A stretch of 64,000 bases of DNA from Azolla caroliniana (taxonomy: Eukaryota > Plantae > Polypodiophyta), in contig JBHGNT010000007.1 of NCBI GenBank assembly GCA_043228905.1, positions 1,922,001 through 1,986,000 of the forward strand, in the 5' to 3' direction. Positions 49,483 through 61,527 of this stretch are shown piece by piece. A program made the translations under genes and the position numbers. The notes below the pieces were generated by a model. That model was not told the DNA's origin and searched no databases. It was given only the letters and a program-made list of their open reading frames with translations. The first letter of the stretch is position 1; the number at the start of each line of letters is the position of its first letter.

Positions 49483-52400
49483 TGTGGATCTTTATATCTG
49501 CATCGTTCTACTGATCTCTATTTATTCTATTATACATATATGTTTCTTATATTAAACATCCAAATTCCGATGTTTGATATACAAACTAGGGGTTTTATTG
49601 TGTCCTCCACAAAGGCTCAAGAGAAGGGAAGCCTCTCGTAAGGGTTCTCCTCAAGAAGAAATCCATTCTCTTGTGGAACCCACAAAATCTCTCTTTCTCA
49701 TGATCGACACAAGGGCAACTCCTCCCCAAGGCTCTCCATGAAAGGGTCCTTGTTCTCTCAAGGAACCCACAAAGTTCCTCTCTCGTGAAGGTGAGATAAT
49801 TGTTGGCATAAAAGGCCGACTCCTTCCACTTTGTATCCTAGTGTGAACACATCCAAATAGTTAGGGCTTAGTATATAAGCTCTAACCTAAAACTGTAACG
49901 ACCGCATCTTCTTGTATCTAGAGTCTTGTAGAGAGAGAGAGAGTTATAGAATAACGAGAACCTCCATTAAATCTCTAATCTCTGTCGATTTATTGTTTTC
50001 TTCTTGTGTTGCATATCTGTGTTGTTTGCTGTACACATCTACTTGCAAGTCCTCACATTTCCGCGCATCTATTCGAACACATATTTCCCACAACCGGTAT
50101 CAGAGTGACTTGTTGTTCAACAATGACGAAGCAAAAAATCAAGAAGAAGAAAAAATCAACTGAAAGAAAAGACCAGGTCAGTAAATCTCACTTCTAGTGA
50201 ACATGGCTTCAACATTTGGAACCGGAGTTGAAATCCGAAAGTTCGATTACAAAAACTTTGCCTTGTGGAAGGAGATGATGTAGGATGTGTTGATCATCAG
50301 AAGACGGGTCGAAGCCATTCGACATAGTGAAAAACCTGCTTCGATGACAGACGAAGAATGGAGATCCATAGTGAAAAACCTGCTTCGACATAGCGCGCTC
50401 CACCATCCAAATGCATCTGGCCGAAAACGTCTACTTTAGCATGGCCAAGGAGACAACAACATTCTCGTTATGGAGAAGTTGCAGGCTGTGTATGAAAAGA
50501 AGTCCTCATCTTCGAAATTGATATTGATCAGATAGTTGTTCAACATGAAGATGAGAGAAACAGATCCAGGCACATCCCACATCAACACATTCAGTCGGGT
50601 GTTGTTTGAACTCTCCTCCCAAGGGATTAACTTCGAAGAAGAAGTGAAAGCCCTTGCCCTCCTATCGAGCTTGCCGGCGAACTGGGAGGTATTCTGCACG
50701 ACCTTTGCCAACAACAACCCTAGGCTGAACTTGGACGAAAAAATTGGTCAAATCCTCATTGAGGATATTCGGCAAAAATCGATGGGACTCACCATCGACG
50801 ACTAGGCAAAAGCCCACCACTCGACTGAGCCGATTGATCGATGTCGTGAAGATTTTCGTCCACAAGTGGAAACCCGAGCAACGAGAGCCAAAGAGCGATG
50901 TGCAACATTGCACACGTACATAATGTATTTGTAATAGTAATAAGGGTAAAGTGTATGGTGCTAGAAATGCCCCATAGGATCCCTAAGGTATAAAGGTGAT
51001 GTGGTCTTATGCGCACATCCACGTGCGAGAGAGAGAGAGGTACTATGCGGTACATAGGTACCTAGTTGTTTGTGTGGAGGTGGGAGTTAAGGGGCCATCA
51101 ATCTCACCCTCCCCAAATCAAGGCAAATATCCCCTTTGAATGAAAGGGGATATTTTAGTCTCACTTTTGTAAACGGTCTTCCCTCCTTGTGCTATAAAAG
51201 GAGAGGGAAGGCACCATTGTGGGGGTTGCCTATTTTGAGTGTGCGAGGTATACCACATAGGTCGAGCGTTAGGGTTAGGGTTAGGGTTTCTTTATCTTTA
51301 TCTTTATCTTCATCTTCGTCGGTTAGGGTTTCGAGTAGTCGTTTGGTGCGGCCTATGCGGCCACCATTTTGTAATCGTTCATTTCGTTTTAATATATCTT
51401 GTTGATCATCTTGTCTCCATCTTCCTCTTGTTCGATCTAATCTCTTGTTCATTCTTCTTCTTCTTGAGCAAAGCTTCCATTCCATGTCCGATTCCTTCTC
51501 ATCTACTCCTTAGTCCAAGACCCCCGTGGTCCCGCCCTTCTCCACGCACGCGCGTAGCAACGCGACACTGATTCAGTCGATCGAGAGAACAAGCCGACAG
51601 AACTGGTCGGAATACCAATTGGTCAAAAATGAGGGGAGATCGACATCGGACGAATTCGAGAACCAGTCGACTAGTCGATTTTTGCACCCATTGCAGAAAA
51701 GCCGGTCACAACGTTTCCGTTTGCTAGTCGATCAAGAGGAAAGAGAGTGGTCGGTGATCCGAGCGGAATCGAGGACGATCCGACTCGAACCAGTCTCCAG
51801 TCGGCAACCAAATTAATGTTGCTGATTCCCGATTAGGGGAAATCCTCTCTCTAGAGGACTCCATGATCAGAGAAGTCCTCGACAATGCGCAAGATGCACA
51901 CACATGGTTACTGGACTCCGGTGCCACATTTCACATGATACCTAACATCGAATGGTTTTTGAACTATTCGGTCGGCGCCAACGGCATAATCCGACTAGGC
52001 AATGGGCAGGAATGTAGAATCATCGGAGTAGGCGAAGTACCAATTCAATTGTCGAACGACAATACAATTGTCCTGCACCAAGTCCGACATGTACCTGCAC
52101 TAGAAAGGAGTTTGCTTTCCATCGGCATGTTAGCCGAAGACGGGTACAGAACGACTCTTAGTGAGTTGGCATGGATGATCAACGGAGGGAACCTAAAGAT
52201 TGGAAACAGACACAAGTACAAGAAATTGTACCCACTAATGACGATCAATCTAGAAGGGGGCATGAATGTCGCTGAAACGATCGACCCGAACTTATGGCAT
52301 GGACGATTCGGCCATATGTCGCAAGCCGGACTAGATTGGCTAATGGCGGTCGACGACATCCTGAAACTCCTGGCAAAGACGGACTTCTGCGAGCATTATC

Positions 52401-53257
52401 GCTACGGGAAACTTACTCGAAGTCTGCACTCTCTCTATTACGAGATGATACGACAACCCCTAGAGCTCGTGCACACAAATATATGTGGGCCTATGCCTGA
52501 GAGATCACTAGGTGACTCCCGGTACTTCATCACATTTGTAGATGATTGTACATGGAAAGTTTGGGCCTATTCGATTAGGTCGAAAGACGAAGCAACTGGA
52601 GGTCTTCACTCGGTGGATAGCTGAAGTGGAGAACCAGTCGGAACACAGAGTGAAGACACTCTGATCCAACAACGGTGGAGAATACACCTCTAGAGCCTTC
52701 AAACAGTACCCGTTTGACAAAGGAATACAACATCAAAAGAACATTCTATACACACCCATGCAGAATGGAGTGGCATAAAGGATCAACCGAACGATCCAAG
52801 AGAGGGTGACGTCAATGCTCCAACAAGTTGGACTAAACCTGGAGTTTTGGGCTGAGGCATTGTAGAAGGCAATTTATTTGATAAATCTATCACCGTCAAA
52901 AGCAACCAAGCTCGAAGTGCCACATGCACTATGGTCAGGCAAATAGTCGACCTATGATAGGCTCCATATATTTGGATGTGAAGACTATGCATTCATCCCC
53001 AAGGAGAAAAGGACCAAGTTGGCACCCCATGCAACGAAATGCATATTTCTCGGTTATGGAACCGATGGGGAATTTAGCTACAGGATGTGGGACCCAGAGA
53101 ACCGGAAATTGATCCGGAGTAGTGATGTAGTCTTCAATGAAGACTTGATTCTCTCTGAGCAGGAACCAACAAAAAATAGTCGGCAAGAAGGTCTCCTTCG
53201 AAGTCGATAGAGACATTGTAGAAAGAACTCAGATGAAGGAACTCGGACAAGCCCTAT
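49483..53257 (+). mobile_element. Element A: decayed Ty1/copia (Tnt1-like gag), 5' half, interrupted by D1 and cut off by element C
   Basis: Putative 5' LTR TGTGG(49483)...CCACA(50092); its left end is uncertain, alternative 49801. PBS-Met variant CGGTATCAGAG at 50095. Gag from ATG 50203 (KFDYKNFALWK), knuckle CTHCRKAGHNVSVC, protease WLLDSGATFHM, LWHGRFGHMS, integrase LVHTNICGPM..RYFITFVDD. Many stops. Confidence 0.88.
50842..51567 (+). mobile_element. D1: solo LTR (726 bp) inserted in the gag of element A
   Basis: TGTCG...CGACA termini, TATA (CTATAAAAG at about 51192), clear homology to D2 at 63440. Flanks TCGA/CTGA are compatible with a decayed 4-bp CCGA TSD whose removal restores the gag frame. 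Confidence 0.85.
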
Positions 53258-53270
53258 TGTTACTGATTAG

Positions 53271-56200
53271 TGTTGAGGGACAAGCTCAACATCGGCCAGA
53301 TCGGCTGAAGAAGCCGAGGACCGGATCGGTTGGGACCGATCGGTTAGGTCGTTAGGAAAGATATTCTGTGAGGAATATATTTGGGAGTTAGTGTAGGGGC
53401 TCTTGATGAGCATTGAAGTACTGTCAGTACTTCGGTCAGTCCTTCTAGGACTTGTATAAAAGTGCTCATTGAGCACGTCTTATGTACAGAGATTGAGTAT
53501 TATTGTGAAATATAGTTTTTTGTGTTTCTCTCTCTGTCTCTCCCGCGTATACCGTGTAAGTCCAAGCTCTCCATTAAACCTGTGTTTCCTTCCTCTGTTC
53601 TGTATAAACTTCATACCTGCTTCCGCACGCTACTTTCTACATGGTATCAGAGCGCGAGGGTTCAGAACCTCTCTGCAGCCGACACAGCTTGACGAAGAAG
53701 AACAAGAAAAACGATGGATAGAGGCATGGCGAGCTTGCTTCCAACAGAGAAGCTCGACAGAACCAACTACGCGTCTTGGTCCTACAAGATGCACCAGTAC
53801 CTGCTCGGGCATGGCTACTGGAGTTATGTTGAAGGAGCTAATGACGCGGCACCCGAATCGACACACAGAGACTTTCCGTCGTGGGAGCAATCAACGAGCA
53901 GGGTACTATACTGCTTCGCGTCGTGTGTGGGCGAACAACTATTGAGCTATGTTCGGGATGCAAAGACGCCGAAGGGTGCGTGGGAAAATCTGAGGAAGAT
54001 TTTCGCCGCGAGCACCACAGCCAGGAAGCTTCAGCTCCGACAGGAGTTGAGCAACCTACGACAACGCGACTTGTCGGTGGTGGACTATACCTCGAAGATC
54101 AAGGATATCTGCGACTCCCTCGCCTCCATAGAGGTGAATGTCGAGGAGAGCGAGATGGTCCAGATCTGTCTCGGAGGTTTGGCGTCGAAGTTCGGAGCGT
54201 TCCGAATGGCTGTGTGTACCCGGGAGAATACGCCGTCCTTTTTCGACTTACAGTCGATGCTCCTGGTAGAGGAGAACCACGCGGGTGCGTCGACAAGGAC
54301 GCACACCGACAACAAGATGTTGTACCCGAAGGGAGAAAGGCCCCGTGGTCGTGGCGGACGAGGCGAGTCGGTACGCAATGGAAGCGGCTGACGAGATCAA
54401 GGAAGAAGGCACCGATGTGATGCCGACAGCAACTCCGGACCCTCCGGAAACAGGGGGAGTCGAAGCGATGAGAACCGGCAAGGGAAGGCCATCGCGGAGT
54501 GCTGGTACTGTGGCAAGGAAGGCCACAGGGAAAGTGAGTGCTGGAAGAAGCGCGCCGATTCGGAGAGAACTGGTTCCGGGAACAGCTCCAGACATACCGA
54601 CAAGGGAAATCGGCAGCGATCGCACTACGCCAAAGACTCCGGGAGAGCTGGAGAAGGGTCTGTCTTCGTGACGAGACACGAAGCAAACTCAATGAAACAA
54701 AGCACCCCGAGATCGGACGAGGTGTGGTACGTAGACTCCGGCGCGTCAAACCACATGACGAGCCATAAGGAGTGGTTCTCGTACCTTGAAAAACCGATAC
54801 AACCGGGAGTAGTCTCAACAGGAGACGACACTCCGCATTTGATCGCGAATGTCGGAGAAGTTCCCCTTAGCCATGTCGGGCAGAAAGGGAAACTCAAGAA
54901 CGTGCTGCACGTTCCGACAATCACGAAGAACTTGGTCTCGGTCGGACAGATCGTCGACCAAGGGATGGAGGTTCGGTTTACACACCTCGGGTGCTTCATT
55001 GAGGAAGAAAGCCGTGTGATTGCGCAAGGGCGCATGGACGGGAGGATGTTCATCCTCGACTCCACTGATGGCGGCACCGCAATGTTCGCGAAGGGACAAA
55101 AGACCGAGTCGGACATCGACTTGTGGCACAAGCGGATAGGCCACATCAACTACCAGCGGCTTCAAGATCTGCAAATGAAACAGGTAGTGTTCGGTTTGCC
55201 CAAATTTAGTGGCCGAAAGGCACAAGTTTGTGAAGCCTGCCAGCTCGGGAAGCAACACCGACTTCCCTTTCCCAACGAGTGAAACCGGAGCCGGAACAAG
55301 CTCAACCTTATACACTCCGATGTATGGGGGCCGACACAAAACGTTAGTCTTGGCGGGAGCCGATATTTCGTCTCCTTCATCGACGACCACACGCGGCACA
55401 CGTGGATCTACCTCATTGAGAGGAAGAGCGAAGTCTTCGACTGTTTCTGGGACCTCAAAGGATTCGGGGAATCCGAAACGGGACGGAAGATCAAGTGTCT
55501 ACGGTCGGATGGCGGGAAAGAGTACTTTTCCGGTCAATTCAACGGTTATCTACAACAAATGGGAATTCAACGCGAATTCAGTTGTAGATACACGCCAGAG
55601 CAGAATGGCGTGGCCGAGAGGAAGAATCGGTCGATTGTGGAAGCCGCACGGGCAATGCTGGAGGAGAAGAGCTTGCCCAAGTTCTATTGGGCCGAGGCGG
55701 TAAGGACCGTGGTATACATCCAGAACCGGATTGGAGACAAAGTGTCGGCGCACAAGCTATATTTCGGAACGAAGCCGAACTTGCGACACTTGAGGGTGTT
55801 CGGTAGCATTGCGTATGTGCATGTACCGAAGGAGAAAAGGAGGAAGCTGGACGCAAAGGCCGAGAAGTGCATCTTGGTCGGTTACTCGGACGAGCAGAAG
55901 GGTTATAAGTGCTATAACCCTCGCACCAAACAAGTGCGTGTCAGCCGCGACGTTGTGTTTGACGAGTCCGCGTCCTGGTACCTGCCCTCGCCTCGGAACC
56001 CCGACTCCAATACGAGACCTGACGATGAGGCCAGCGAGGCCGAGATGCCTCCGGATGAGCCCGAAATCGAGACCCGCGAAGAGTGTCCGATTTCACTCCG
56101 GTTAAGTGGACCGATTGGACGACTGAGTCGGTACGACCAGTCCAATGAAGAGCCGGCGAGTAGTGGAGACTCGACCGTGCATTCCCCGCGCAGGAAGCCG

Positions 56201-58899
56201 AGGAGACGGCTTACGCGCAAAGAGAAAGGGAAGAAGAAGGTGTCGGATTCCGGCACGGATAGGAACGAGTCAGACCGACGCGAGTCCGACTCCGAGGGAA
56301 CCGGTGACGGGTCTTTAAAGGTGAAGACCGCGTCGGCCGAGAAGGCCTCGACATCGGCTGATGTGAGATTACGCCGATCTACCCACCAAAAGAATCCTGT
56401 TTTGCGGTTCGGATACAACGAGTACATGGCGCATCATTATGCATACATGACCCGTGTAGCGGAAGTGCGTGAGCCGGAGAGCTACGCAGAAGCGGCGAAG
56501 GACACGAATTGGCGCGCCGCGATGGAGGAAGAGATGCACACATTAGCGGAGAATGAGACCTGGGACCTGGTTGACGCACCAAGAGGGGTAAAACCAATCG
56601 GGTGTAGGTGGGTGTACAAGGTCAAGTACAACACCGATGGCTCGGTCAACCGGTACAAGGCTCGGCTAGTGGCAAAGGGCTACGCGCAGAAACACGACAT
56701 CGACTATGATGAGACGTTTGCGCCGGTCGCGAAAATGATGACCGTCCGTGTTTTGCTCGCAGTAGCCGCGGCCAAGGGGTGGCACCTACATCAGATGGAT
56801 GTAAAGAATGTGTTCCTGCAAGGTGACCTTGAGGAACAGGTGTACATGGTACAGCCCCCCGGATTTCACTCTGGAACGAACTCCTCGGCAATATGCCGAC
56901 TGAAGAAGTCCCTTTACGGACTGAAGCAAGCCCCGCGTGCCTGGAACGCGAAGATAACGCAACAACTGCGTCGGATGGGCTTCGTCACGTCAAAATTGGA
57001 CTCTTCCCTGTTCATCCGGAAAGGTCGACTCGGACTGGTTAGTATTTTACTGTATGTTGATGACTTGGTCATCACCGGCGCCGACCTAGGTGAAATCGAC
57101 CGCGTGAAGCTCCAGCTTGCGGCATCGTTCGACATGAAGGATCTGGGGACCTTCATTACTTCCTCGGGATCGAAGTGATCCGTACCCCCGAAGGCATATT
57201 GATCAACCAACGTCACTAAGTGCTGAGTATGCTCTTCAAATTCGGGATGGCCGACTGTAAGACCGTCTCGACTCCTCTGGATAGAACCGTGAAGCTTCGT
57301 TCCGATACGGGAAAGGTATGCGACCCGATGAGGTTTCGACAAATTGTCGGAAGCCTCATATACTTGACCATCACCCGACCCGACCTCAATTATCCGGTCG
57401 GGGTGATCAGTCAGTTCATGGCGCGACCTACCGAGGAGCACCTTCAGTGTGCGCAACGTATACTTCGGTATGTCAACGGCACTAAGGACCGGGGACTGCT
57501 ATATCGGACCGGTGCAGCCGCGCAGTTAGTCGGCTACGCCGATGCTGATTGGGCTGGCAACACCGCCGATCGCCGATCCACGTCTGGATACGCGTTCTCC
57601 CTCGGGAGTGCCGCGATCGCGTGGAGCAGTAAGAAGCAGCTGACAGTTGCACTGTCGAGCACCGAAGCTGAGTACCGAGGAGCGGCTGTCGCGACATGCG
57701 AAGCCATATGGTTGAAGCGGCTACTTAAGGACTTGCAAGAGGAGGTGTCCGATCCAACGACGATCTACTGCGACAACCTCAGCAACATCCAACTCGCGAA
57801 GAACCCCGTCTTCCTTGCACGGACCAAGCACATTGAGGTGCACTACCATTTCGTCTGTGAGCGTGTCCTTTCCAGTGAAGTCGAACTTCAGTACGTTCCG
57901 ACGGATCGGCAGGCTGCCGACATCTTCACCAAGCCTCTTGGTCTGGACAAGTTGCGGCAATTCTCAGGTGCGCTCGGATTGCGTCACCTTGACGTGCCGA
58001 ACTTGAGGGGGAGAACAGTCCCGAACGACCAAGCAAAGCACCAGGAAAGGAGCGGAGACCGCGACATCGAGTCGGTTGACGAGTTCGACTTCGGATCGGC
58101 TGAAGAAGCCGAGGACGGACCCGCGGAGAAGTTCGAAAGCGGACAGAAGGGGAGTAGCCGAAGGAGAGAGCCGAAGCCAACCACGGATAGGGGAGATGAC
58201 GCCATCGAGGGGGAGAAAACCGAAGACGAGTTGGAGACAGCCAACTTGGACGAGAGCGAAAACCGATCGGAGGTAGCCGAGCCGGTTCGGATGTTTGATT
58301 CAGATACGCTGAATCAACCGAGGCCCAAGCGGAAGAAAAGGCAGCAGGAGAAGCGTCGACACCGCAACAACAGAAGAGCTGATAAAGGCCGCATAAGCAT
58401 GCAAGCCGACCGGAAGGGTCGAAGCACGCGGAGACGAACAGGTCGAGGAGCGCGAGCGAGGCGTGAAGCCAGGAGGAACCGGAGCCGTGAGCCCGAGGAT
58501 CCCGAAGAGCCTCTAGTTGAGCTTGAGGGGGAGTGTTGAGAGACAAGCTCAACATCGGCCGGATCGGCTGAAGAAGCCGAGGACCGGATCAGTTGGGACC
58601 GATCGGTTAGGTCGTTAGGAAAGATATTCCGTGAGGAATATATTTGGGAGTTAGTGTAGGGGCTCTTGATGAGCATTGAAGTACTGTCAGTACTTCGGTC
58701 AGTCCTTCTAGGACTTGTATAAAAGTGCTCATTGAGCACGTCTTATGTACAGAGATTGAGTATTATTGTGAAATATAGTTTTTTGTGTTTCTCTCTCTAT
58801 CTCTCCCGCGTATACCGTGTAAGTCCAAGCTCTCCATTAAACCTGTGTTTCCTTCCTCTTTTCTGTCTTCATACCTGCTTCCGCACGCTACTTTCTACA
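53271..58899 (+). mobile_element. Element B: full-length Ty1/copia retrotransposon, 5629 bp
   Basis: 5' LTR 53271-53641 and 3' LTR 58534-58899 (TG...CA; I count six substitutions and one 5-bp indel). TSD ATTAG, PBS TGGTATCAGAGC (tRNA-iMet) at 53642, PPT GAGGGGGAG at 58525-58533. Confidence 0.97.
53714..58539 (+). pseudogene. gag-pol polyprotein of element B (gag-PR-INT-RT-RNaseH plus C-terminal extension), disrupted
   Basis: CWYCGKEGHRESEC, WYVDSGASNHMT, LWHKRIGH, IHSDVWGP, PEQNGVAERKNR, YKARLVAKG, LYVDDL, ADIFTK. Lesions: TGA at 54389 and 55280, a 1-bp deletion near 57148, TAA at 57217. Confidence 0.95.
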
Positions 58900-61527
58900 A
58901 TTAGGAACACTGTCTACGCTCAGTCCTTCAGTGTAGACCTGAAGGTGACTGTGTTCTAAGGAATGAACCTGTCGTACCGTAAATTGTAATGAGATACTCC
59001 CTTGTATCCTAGTAACGTATAAGGGAGACGGCTACAAATGAACTCCTTAGGAAGTGCACTAGTATCCGCACTTACGTCTACACCCTTATGATTTACAATA
59101 CGCAACAAAGAAACAAAGAATGCAACAGATAAAACCACAAATATGCATAGAGATAAGAGAAGATAGTGTTCTATTAGGAAAAACGCTCTATGTACCAAAA
59201 TTACACGCTACCTCTTACAAAGGATTTCTGCCCTTTATATACACAAGGCTTTCCGCATGAACTGTTACATGCGTTTCTTAATGCTTTACTCTATTATAAT
59301 GCTTCTACATTTCTATTCGTCGGTTACTATTCCGGCGGACAACACTTGGCATGCTTGTGGGATAGTGCCATGGCACGTCAAACCCATCCCTTTATTCTTC
59401 CTCCAAAATAGCCCAGATGTTTGGTTCCGCTCCGATGTACTGGTCCGGGGACGACGTAGTATCTGTTGACGCGTCCTTGCACGGTTGAATGTCTTGTACT
59501 TGCTCGGTGGGGCTTTCCATGGTGTCAATGTCTCCCTGTGTGGGCGGACCGGGCTCTGCTGGTTTAGTCCGTTCTGTTGTGGCTTGCTCTTCCGTCTGCA
59601 GGCTCTCGGTAGGCTGAGGCTCTGTTTTGTCCGTAACTTCCTTAGTGTTGCCAGCTGAAGTTGTCCTCTTCGGTGAATTGGGCTGAGGTTCCTCCTGTTC
59701 GGCGGTACCACTTTCCAGTATCGCGATGGGCTCCGCTCTTTGTCGCATGCTGTCTGCCGTAGTTGTTATCTCCGGTAATGTGGGTTGAGGTTCCTCATGT
59801 TCGGTAGTATCACTTTCTGGTGTCGCGATGGGTTCCGCGCTTGGCCGCGTGCTGCCTACTTTCATGATTCGGTGAAACATATCTTCCTGAATTTCGCCGA
59901 AATCGTCCAGTAGTTGCCCGAGTTCCTCGGAGTGCTGGTCCGCGAGCGTGCGATAATCCTGCGCTAGGTCCTCACGTACCGCTGCAATGCCTTCCGCATT
60001 GAGTTTGTAGAAACCTCCACCGTCTTTCCTACGGTTCTCCCAGTCCGCCTAGTAGGTATGCAACTTCGCCGCTTGTGTTGCCCACGCCATCCAGCCTTTG
60101 TCTAGCGCTGCTTGTAATTGCGCCGTAAACCTCTCCCGATTTGTTTGAAGAAGTATGCACACGTTGTCGGTTATTACTTGGCAACGGTTTTGCGCTTCTT
60201 CCAGGGTTTTCTTGAGGTTTTCGATTTCTTGCTTCCTGACCGCAACCGCTTCCTCATAATTACTCTTCATTCCTGCCCATATCTGAGATTCCTTCGAGTG
60301 TAATTCGTCCAACTGGCCCATCTCATTGTTTAGGTGAATTTCGACCTGATGCCGCACCTCCTGTTCCTGTACGAGCTACTCGTCGTACCACGCTTTCTTC
60401 TTTTCCAATAACGCCCGGAGTCCTGTGATCGCTGTTTCGGACTTTTGGGCTTCCTCCCATAGTTTGGTGTTTTCTTCTTTTATGCGGGTGTGCGCCGCTG
60501 CCTCTGCTTCGAGTTTCTCTTCGAGGGCCTTTACTATGTTTTGGCGTTTGGCTCGGATGTCCTTTTCTCTGTCGGAGGATTGGCGGAGCTCGGAGCGCAG
60601 GCAGTCAATCTTAGATTCCGCCAGCTGCACGACCCTTTTTGCTTTTGAGGTAATGTTGATTTGGGCTTCAACCTCTTCTCTTAGGGAATGGGCCTCGGCG
60701 GTGTTGTTTGTTGGTCGAGATTCTTGTTGCGCCGTAGTTGCGTTCCGTTCCAACTCCGCGATGCGTTCGTTGGCCTTTTGTAGCTCAGCTTGGGTCTGTT
60801 TAACCGTCTTCCAGACATTTTTGTTTTTAATCGCCACATCTTTGGCTCCGATACTGACCTTAGCTAGTTCCTTATGAACCTTGACGAGGGTCGCGTTTAA
60901 TCGGGGTAGTTCAATTCCCATTTGGCGTATATCGACGTTACGTTGTCTGCCTACTTTGGCCAGCGGCCCCTCATCCTCGCTTTCCGCCATTCTTGTTCGC
61001 GCACGTTCAATCATTTGTTGTTCCACGTGCTCCTCGGCCATCTGTTGTGAGACCTTTATTTGTTGTGTTGCCAAAAATTCCATGAGTTCGTAAGTAGTTC
61101 CGAACTGTAAAAGTGTGCCAAACTCATGGCCTGTGTCTGGAATGTCCGGATACTTCAAGACCTTGCTTTCCGCCGTAAACACTCCTTTCCCCCGTTGTGA
61201 CTGAGCCGTAATGATCGGCCATGGTTCCCGGATTATTTCAAAAGTGGTGTTGGGCTCCGTAGTTGCGGAATTGTCGACCAAGGCGGTCGTGTCGGCGTTC
61301 GTGATTATGTGTTTGACTAATCCGCGCCCATCTTTCCTGTCCAGCCTACGTCATTTCGGCCTTGGGCTTTCCTGGCGTTGCTCGGCGTCCTGCTCCTGCG
61401 GAGCTTCCTCCCTGCTCGCCGACCGTTCTCCCTGTGTTGTCCGCGTGTTGGGCTGGGAAGATTGGGGTTCATCTTCCCATTCCATGGTAACCAACTCCGC
61501 TAACCTCCGTTTCGCGGAACGTGGCGG

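Noticed and set aside
54085-58739. Long antisense and alternative-frame ORFs inside copia B
   Set aside because: Expected shadows of a GC-rich coding sequence; no recognisable motifs.
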